A stretch of 40,454 bases of DNA from a virus (Duplodnaviria > Caudoviricetes). The stretch's first letter is position 1, and each line of letters opens with the position of its first letter. This document shows, piece by piece, positions 35,151-40,454 of this stretch. Location of the stretch: positions 1-40,454 of IMG/VR virus record IMGVR_UViG_3300015370_000028; one strand, 5' to 3'. The notes under the pieces were generated by a model. That model made no database searches. It was not told the DNA's origin and worked only from the letters and a program-made list of their open reading frames with translations. Both the position numbers and the translations under genes were made by a program.

Positions 35151-38100
35151 ATGGCAGAAAAATTTAGCGCGCAATGGTACGAAGAGAAAGCAAGAAAGCA
35201 TAAACTAAAGACCTGGACGCCATCAGAGAGATTTCCCGAGATGGGTAAGGGCGGCAGACTTGATTTGCAGATGAGTACAGACTTAGCCGAAATGAAACCT
35301 TTTATAAAGGAGATAGAAAATAATCCAGAGCTTGAATATGCCTTATCGTCTAAAGCCAAATCACAACTGGCTCAACTTAAATTATATGCCCCAAGCTTAT
35401 TTGTTGAAGTAGAGCCGTTAGTAAAGCCTAAGACTACTACTGAAACAGCATTACAGTCAGCACAGGAAACAGAACAGCAGGCTAAACTTTATGATGTGGG
35501 CGGCGCTACTCCTATGGAAACATATCTTAAAACTGGATACTTTCCTGAAACATCATTTATCGGTAAATGGCAGGCAGGACAGAAAACTTTAGGCAATAGG
35601 TTGCTTAGTATGATGTGGGCAGCGCCAAGAGCAAAGTCAGCCATAGCCAACGTATTAATAGCTAAAGCTAAAAGTGAAATTACACCAGAAATGAGACAGG
35701 GTTCTACCTTTGATAAAATGTGGGCTGCAACAAAACTTACAGCAAAACAATTGCCTACATATGGCAAAGAAGCTTTTAGAACTGGAGTACCTGCTTTTTT
35801 CGGGGTAGGTGAAGAAAAATATAGAGACTGGACTTGGGCTAAAACACTAAAAGAGCAATTAGGTGAAGAGGCCCCATGGGTTATTAAAAATTGGGAATGG
35901 ACAAAAGACCAGGACGACTGGGTATATGGAACTAACTGGATACAGAAAGCAGGTTCTGCAATAGCTGGAAGCCCTGCCGATTTGGCTGGTCTTGTTTTAG
36001 ATATTCTCACTGATGAACTAACTTATATAACTGGTGGCATAGGCAAGTCTGCAAAGGTAGGAACTATAGCAAAAAGTATAACAGCAAAAGGTGGGAAAGT
36101 AATATTGAAAAAAGGTTCTACGCTTGCACTCACCAAAGCAGGCTCAAGGCTTGTTGCTGAATCATTGCCTGATGCAATACCGATTATTAAAAAGATTTTT
36201 GCAAAAGAGATTGCTACTTTTATCGGTGAAGGTGCGCAGCAGTCAGCTAAAAGATTTATTGTAAAGAAAGCAGGCGAATACATAATTACAAATACTGCTA
36301 AAAAATTACCCGCTGCACAAGCTGCTAAATTAATTGAATATGGCGGACTGAAGTACATGGGTCAAACCATAATACCAGGTGAAAAATTTGCTCAAACTTT
36401 TGGCAAGGCATTTACGGGTGAAAATCTGCCGAAAATATTAAAAACCTTAAATAAATTTTTAAATCCCTTCGCTCAAGTCCCTGATGAAATAAGACCGATA
36501 CTTTCAGCGCAGCAATCAATGGCACGTTCAAGATTTAATAAATTCCTATTTGATACTGGAGACGTAGTCAGACCGCTAAGTAAGACTGAAAAAAATACCC
36601 TTGCCGATGTCATGGCTATTGAGAGAGACTTGATGAAGAGTAAAAATGTAATTGCTGGCATTGGGAAGTTAGATATAGAGGAGATTTTACCAAAAGCTAT
36701 TGTTAAATCAGCAGACGATTTGTATAGGGAATTAGATGATATCGGAAAAAGTATTGCCAAGATAAGGGACCAGATTGTAAAAGAGTCAGATGTTATTGTT
36801 CCCAAAGGGTTGACTGGTGAATTTATAGATAAGTTAAAAGCTATAGAAAATTATATCACTGACAGCGGTGGTATACGGTACACAGCAGAAATGGCTGATG
36901 AGTATAAGAGATTGCCATTTTACTTAAAAGCTAAAAAAGGATATTTGAATGCAAGTTCACTTGACGAAATGGCTGCCGATATTGCAAATGCTTACCCTGA
37001 ATACGGGATAAAATATGGCAGAGATTTAATAACAACAATGAAAGATTTAAGGACTAAGGCTAAAGTTGGAATTACTGAAACATATCAATTTACCGATAGG
37101 GAGATAAAAGAAATAATTGACGATATGTTTCTTGCTGATTTTCGTGCACAAGCAAATGTTCCTGGATTTGCGGGTAAATTTCAAAAGGATAGCATCGCAG
37201 ATTTAATAATTAGACAAGATGAAATAACTAGGAAACTTGTTACGCCAGGATTTGGCGAAGTCGGTATTAAACCTGTAACATTATTTCCTGAAATTAACTT
37301 AGATTCGATTATGTACAAAGAGCAAGTTAAAATTGATAAGTTAAACGAACTAATGTCTAAGCTCGATATTACTCCTAAAGTTAGCGCTGCACATGATAAA
37401 ATCCATAATATGCTTGATACTGAATATGCTTTTATACAGTCAAAAATAGGAGACAAGGTAAAATATATGGAGCAATACTACCCTGCAAGATATGAAAAAG
37501 CTCCACTTCCATTCTTGACCAAAACAGCAGAACTTGGCAAAGAAGTGGCACCCTTTGAACTAAAACAGCAAATGACCTATCTCCAGGCATTAGAGGCAGG
37601 ACTGAAGCCAAAATCAGTATTTGAAACACTTTCACAATATGGATTTGAGTCAGCACAAAGAACAGCAAGGGCGGACTTTTTAAATGAGGTTAAGCAGTTT
37701 GGCATGATGACTGACGAAGTAACAAAAGGTTATGTTAAAGCACGTGATGTTGCTGACAAAATAATACCTGAACTTAAGGGATGGCAGTTTCCTGATGAAA
37801 TTGCAAAGACATTTAAGCGAACATACACTACATTCTTTGGCGATGATGCTACTAAAGCCATAATTAATGTTTATGACAGAGCTTTAACCGTATGGAAACG
37901 TATTGCGCTTGCCACTCCTGGATACCACTTGAGAAACTTTTATTCCGATACGTATTCGGGTCTTATGGAATATGGACTGGAGTTTTTAAATCCGAGACAC
38001 TGGAACGATGCAATAAAAATCTGGACTGGTAAAACAGTTGTCCGCAACGGGCAAAAATATACAAGAGAAATATTTATGGAATACGGGGTAAGGGCAGGTC

Positions 38101-39353
38101 AGTATATGCAGGAAGCCGCACTTACGGGCGCCGCACCTGCAAGAATGATTGGCAAAATATCTCCTCTTGAATGGTCTGCAAGATTTGGTGCTGGACGTGA
38201 AAATCTCGGGCGTACTGTTGGGGCTTTAATTAGTTTAGAGCATGGTAACAACATTATAGACGCTGCATGGACAGTTAAAAAAGTATTTTTTGATTACGCT
38301 TCATTGACTGCTGCTGAAAAAAATATAATGGCAAGGATATTTCCTTTTTATAGATGGATGCGTAAAAACTTGGAGCGTCAGTTTGAATTAATCCTTACAA
38401 GGACTGGCAAGTATGCAACAATACCTAAGATGATGAACTATGTTGAAAATGTAGCTGCCACAAGATATGGACAGGACTACATGGACGAATACGGTAAATT
38501 TAAACCTGAATATTATGAGAGACTTGGGGCGATGGTAACTGGAGCTACAAACGTACAGGGACAACCTCTTGTATTTAACCCTAACCTGCCTTTTCAGGAT
38601 TTACTGTCTTTTGGTATTAAAGACTTAATTAACAAGGTAACACCACTGTTAAAAATGGGTATTGAGATACCTGGCAAAAGAGAAATATTTACAGGAGCAT
38701 ACTTAGATTTTGATAAAATGAAGCCTGCCCCCCAGTGGCTTGAAGTTCTGGTCGGTAAACTGCCTGAAAGCTTATTGGTACAGATGGGTATGGAAAAAAA
38801 GAACGGAGAGCTCCAAATGTCTGGAGCTACTGAATACGTGTTAAAACAGGTTCCCACACTTTACAATTTAAGCAGGGCAATGCCTGCCGAAGAAACTGCT
38901 AAAACACCGCTTGACCTGCTGTCAATGCTTGGCGGAATTAAATTCTTTAACCTAGATTTAGAAAAGCAAAAGGAATATAAATATAAACAGTTTACAACAA
39001 GCATGAGCAAGCTGTTAAAAAGGAAAGTCCCTGAAGAAGAATTAATCCCCCCTAAGGATATGGAGCGTGTATACAGGCAGATTTATTCAGATTATGTAAT
39101 TGCCAATATAATGCAGACCAAGAATTATGATATTAATGAAATAGTCGAATTTAAAGATATGACCAAATATAGCGGTTCAACAAAAGAGATTGACCTGTTC
39201 ATTGACTTAATGCAGAAACCATACAAAGATGAAATGGCTAAGATAAAAGGTAAGACCCTGCCTGAACTTGCGCAGATACTTTCAGATTTGGGTATTATCC
39301 CTACAGCAGAGGAAGTCAATATAGTATTACAGCAGTTAAAGGCACAGCAATAA
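35151..39353 (+). CDS. large internal virion/DNA-ejection protein (1400 aa)
   Basis: Size and position typical of podoviruses; PGYHLRN, FFDY and IFPFYRWMRKN motifs. Confidence 0.65.
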   Translation: MAEKFSAQWYEEKARKHKLKTWTPSERFPEMGKGGRLDLQMSTDLAEMKPFIKEIENNPELEYALSSKAKSQLAQLKLYAPSLFVEVEPLVKPKTTTETALQSAQETEQQAKLYDVGGATPMETYLKTGYFPETSFIGKWQAGQKTLGNRLLSMMWAAPRAKSAIANVLIAKAKSEITPEMRQGSTFDKMWAATKLTAKQLPTYGKEAFRTGVPAFFGVGEEKYRDWTWAKTLKEQLGEEAPWVIKNWEWTKDQDDWVYGTNWIQKAGSAIAGSPADLAGLVLDILTDELTYITGGIGKSAKVGTIAKSITAKGGKVILKKGSTLALTKAGSRLVAESLPDAIPIIKKIFAKEIATFIGEGAQQSAKRFIVKKAGEYIITNTAKKLPAAQAAKLIEYGGLKYMGQTIIPGEKFAQTFGKAFTGENLPKILKTLNKFLNPFAQVPDEIRPILSAQQSMARSRFNKFLFDTGDVVRPLSKTEKNTLADVMAIERDLMKSKNVIAGIGKLDIEEILPKAIVKSADDLYRELDDIGKSIAKIRDQIVKESDVIVPKGLTGEFIDKLKAIENYITDSGGIRYTAEMADEYKRLPFYLKAKKGYLNASSLDEMAADIANAYPEYGIKYGRDLITTMKDLRTKAKVGITETYQFTDREIKEIIDDMFLADFRAQANVPGFAGKFQKDSIADLIIRQDEITRKLVTPGFGEVGIKPVTLFPEINLDSIMYKEQVKIDKLNELMSKLDITPKVSAAHDKIHNMLDTEYAFIQSKIGDKVKYMEQYYPARYEKAPLPFLTKTAELGKEVAPFELKQQMTYLQALEAGLKPKSVFETLSQYGFESAQRTARADFLNEVKQFGMMTDEVTKGYVKARDVADKIIPELKGWQFPDEIAKTFKRTYTTFFGDDATKAIINVYDRALTVWKRIALATPGYHLRNFYSDTYSGLMEYGLEFLNPRHWNDAIKIWTGKTVVRNGQKYTREIFMEYGVRAGQYMQEAALTGAAPARMIGKISPLEWSARFGAGRENLGRTVGALISLEHGNNIIDAAWTVKKVFFDYASLTAAEKNIMARIFPFYRWMRKNLERQFELILTRTGKYATIPKMMNYVENVAATRYGQDYMDEYGKFKPEYYERLGAMVTGATNVQGQPLVFNPNLPFQDLLSFGIKDLINKVTPLLKMGIEIPGKREIFTGAYLDFDKMKPAPQWLEVLVGKLPESLLVQMGMEKKNGELQMSGATEYVLKQVPTLYNLSRAMPAEETAKTPLDLLSMLGGIKFFNLDLEKQKEYKYKQFTTSMSKLLKRKVPEEELIPPKDMERVYRQIYSDYVIANIMQTKNYDINEIVEFKDMTKYSGSTKEIDLFIDLMQKPYKDEMAKIKGKTLPELAQILSDLGIIPTAEEVNIVLQQLKAQQ

Positions 39354-39362
39354 GGGGGCAAT

Positions 39363-39641
39363 ATGAGCGATGGAAGAAGATTTGAGGACAAAGTAGGAAT
39401 AGAAGAGTTGATGGATACACCTGACAAGGAATTAATGGCACGAATTTATCAGCAAGTTTTAAAAACCAATGGGACAGTAACGCAACACTGTAAGGACATA
39501 AGCGAACTACAAACTGAAATGAAAGAGAAAATAAGCTGGAAAGTAATCAGGAATATGATAATCCTTTTAACAATTATAATTTCAATTTTATCTATTCCAA
39601 GTTTAATATTTAATATCATAAATCTGGTGGTGATGAAATGA
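39363..39641 (+). CDS. putative holin-like membrane protein
   Basis: KTNGTV followed by coiled coil and a C-terminal hydrophobic segment; precedes the hydrolase. Confidence 0.55.
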   Translation: MSDGRRFEDKVGIEELMDTPDKELMARIYQQVLKTNGTVTQHCKDISELQTEMKEKISWKVIRNMIILLTIIISILSIPSLIFNIINLVVMK

Positions 39642-40454
39642 TAAGAATAGGCGGTTCTGTTGGATGTCGTTTTTCTCGTCCCATAATAGGCACTACTTGT
39701 TTTGAAGCACGTATCCTACAAAATTCAGAACACAAATTTTTCTGGGTTGATAGCCAATTCTGTATAACAAATAAGATATATCTAATTGTGAATATTGATA
39801 CTTTTTTAACAGGATCCCGTTGGTTGCCTACATCACAAGCTTTAAGAGATTTTGTTATTGCTACAAAGAACCAGTTAAAATCTATAGGTGCAACTAAATT
39901 TAATTGTCGCTTTACATGGGACAATGAGAGTAATGAGTATTGTGGCTTTGATTATTACTGGAGCTGTCTTGCAGTGATCCATGACGCTTTAGGCAGTGAG
40001 TTTGATTTAGGGGCAGGTAATTTTCATACTACAAGAATTGACTGGTATAATAGTTTAGGTAATAAATACAGTCAAGGCTATTACGAAGTATTAGATGTAC
40101 ACTTTCAGGACGGCATGGACAATGAAAGTAACATTGATTTCATTGCAGGTAAATTTAAAGCAATAAAAGACGGCTTCGGCATCAAGCGAATAGCAGTTAC
40201 AGAAGGAAATAACTTCTGGAATGTATCTACTCAACGGGGACATGATTTAGTCAAATATCAAATCAATACAGCGGAAAATATAGGCTGTGAGGATTTTTGT
40301 TTTCCATTTGTGAACTGGACTTCAAATAATGTAGAGAGGCATAAAAATTTAACATATTGTATAGATGGTAATCCTATTAAGGATAGTAATGATAATGTAC
40401 TACCATTCTGGCAGGATATGTTAAATCTTATTTTAGCAAAGAAACCTATAATAA
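39638..40454 (+). CDS. clan GH-A TIM-barrel glycoside hydrolase-like protein, 3'-truncated (not in ORF track)
   Basis: Open from ATG 39638 to the window end (272 codons); WDNESN, LDVHF and IAVTEG motifs. Confidence 0.6.
   Translation, partial: MIRIGGSVGCRFSRPIIGTTCFEARILQNSEHKFFWVDSQFCITNKIYLIVNIDTFLTGSRWLPTSQALRDFVIATKNQLKSIGATKFNCRFTWDNESNEYCGFDYYWSCLAVIHDALGSEFDLGAGNFHTTRIDWYNSLGNKYSQGYYEVLDVHFQDGMDNESNIDFIAGKFKAIKDGFGIKRIAVTEGNNFWNVSTQRGHDLVKYQINTAENIGCEDFCFPFVNWTSNNVERHKNLTYCIDGNPIKDSNDNVLPFWQDMLNLILAKKPII

Noticed and set aside
27518-39353. Diversity-generating retroelement targeting fibre genes
   Set aside because: No reverse transcriptase and no TR/VR repeat pair noticed
14723-39924. 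Numerous minus-strand ORFs in the late region
   Set aside because: Antisense shadows of well-supported + strand genes, with no recognizable motifs
1-40454. Window as a complete circular genome or with terminal repeats
   Set aside because: No end redundancy seen; the last ORF has no stop, and joining the ends would run it deep into the first gene

Overview
This window is most of a tailed dsDNA bacteriophage genome, probably podovirus-type: it has a portal, adaptor, nozzle and large ejection-type proteins, with no tape measure or tail tube. The right end falls inside a gene. Layout: recombination/replication/accessory genes on + (1-11.9 kb: Gp157-like, Cas4-like exonuclease, putative annealing protein, initiator with iterons, DnaB, DUF1064); a divergent minus-strand operon of micro-ORFs (11.9-12.9 kb); then packaging, structural and lysis genes (13.2-40.4 kb). 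Main highlights: (1) a sugar-tailoring and transfer system inside the late operon (acetyltransferase, DegT aminotransferase, GT2 and B12-radical SAM between putative terS and terL, plus a two-domain glycosyltransferase after the capsid genes), a candidate virion-glycosylation pathway; (2) the major capsid gene is split by a 701-nt group I intron (23620-24320) carrying a single-motif LAGLIDADG endonuclease, and the rejoined exon junction is an 18/20 palindrome, the predicted homing site; (3) a small G/P/Q/M-rich protein shares a motif with the portal C-terminal tail; (4) a clan GH-A glycoside hydrolase sits in the endolysin position. All family calls come from motif recognition by eye; no searches were run.
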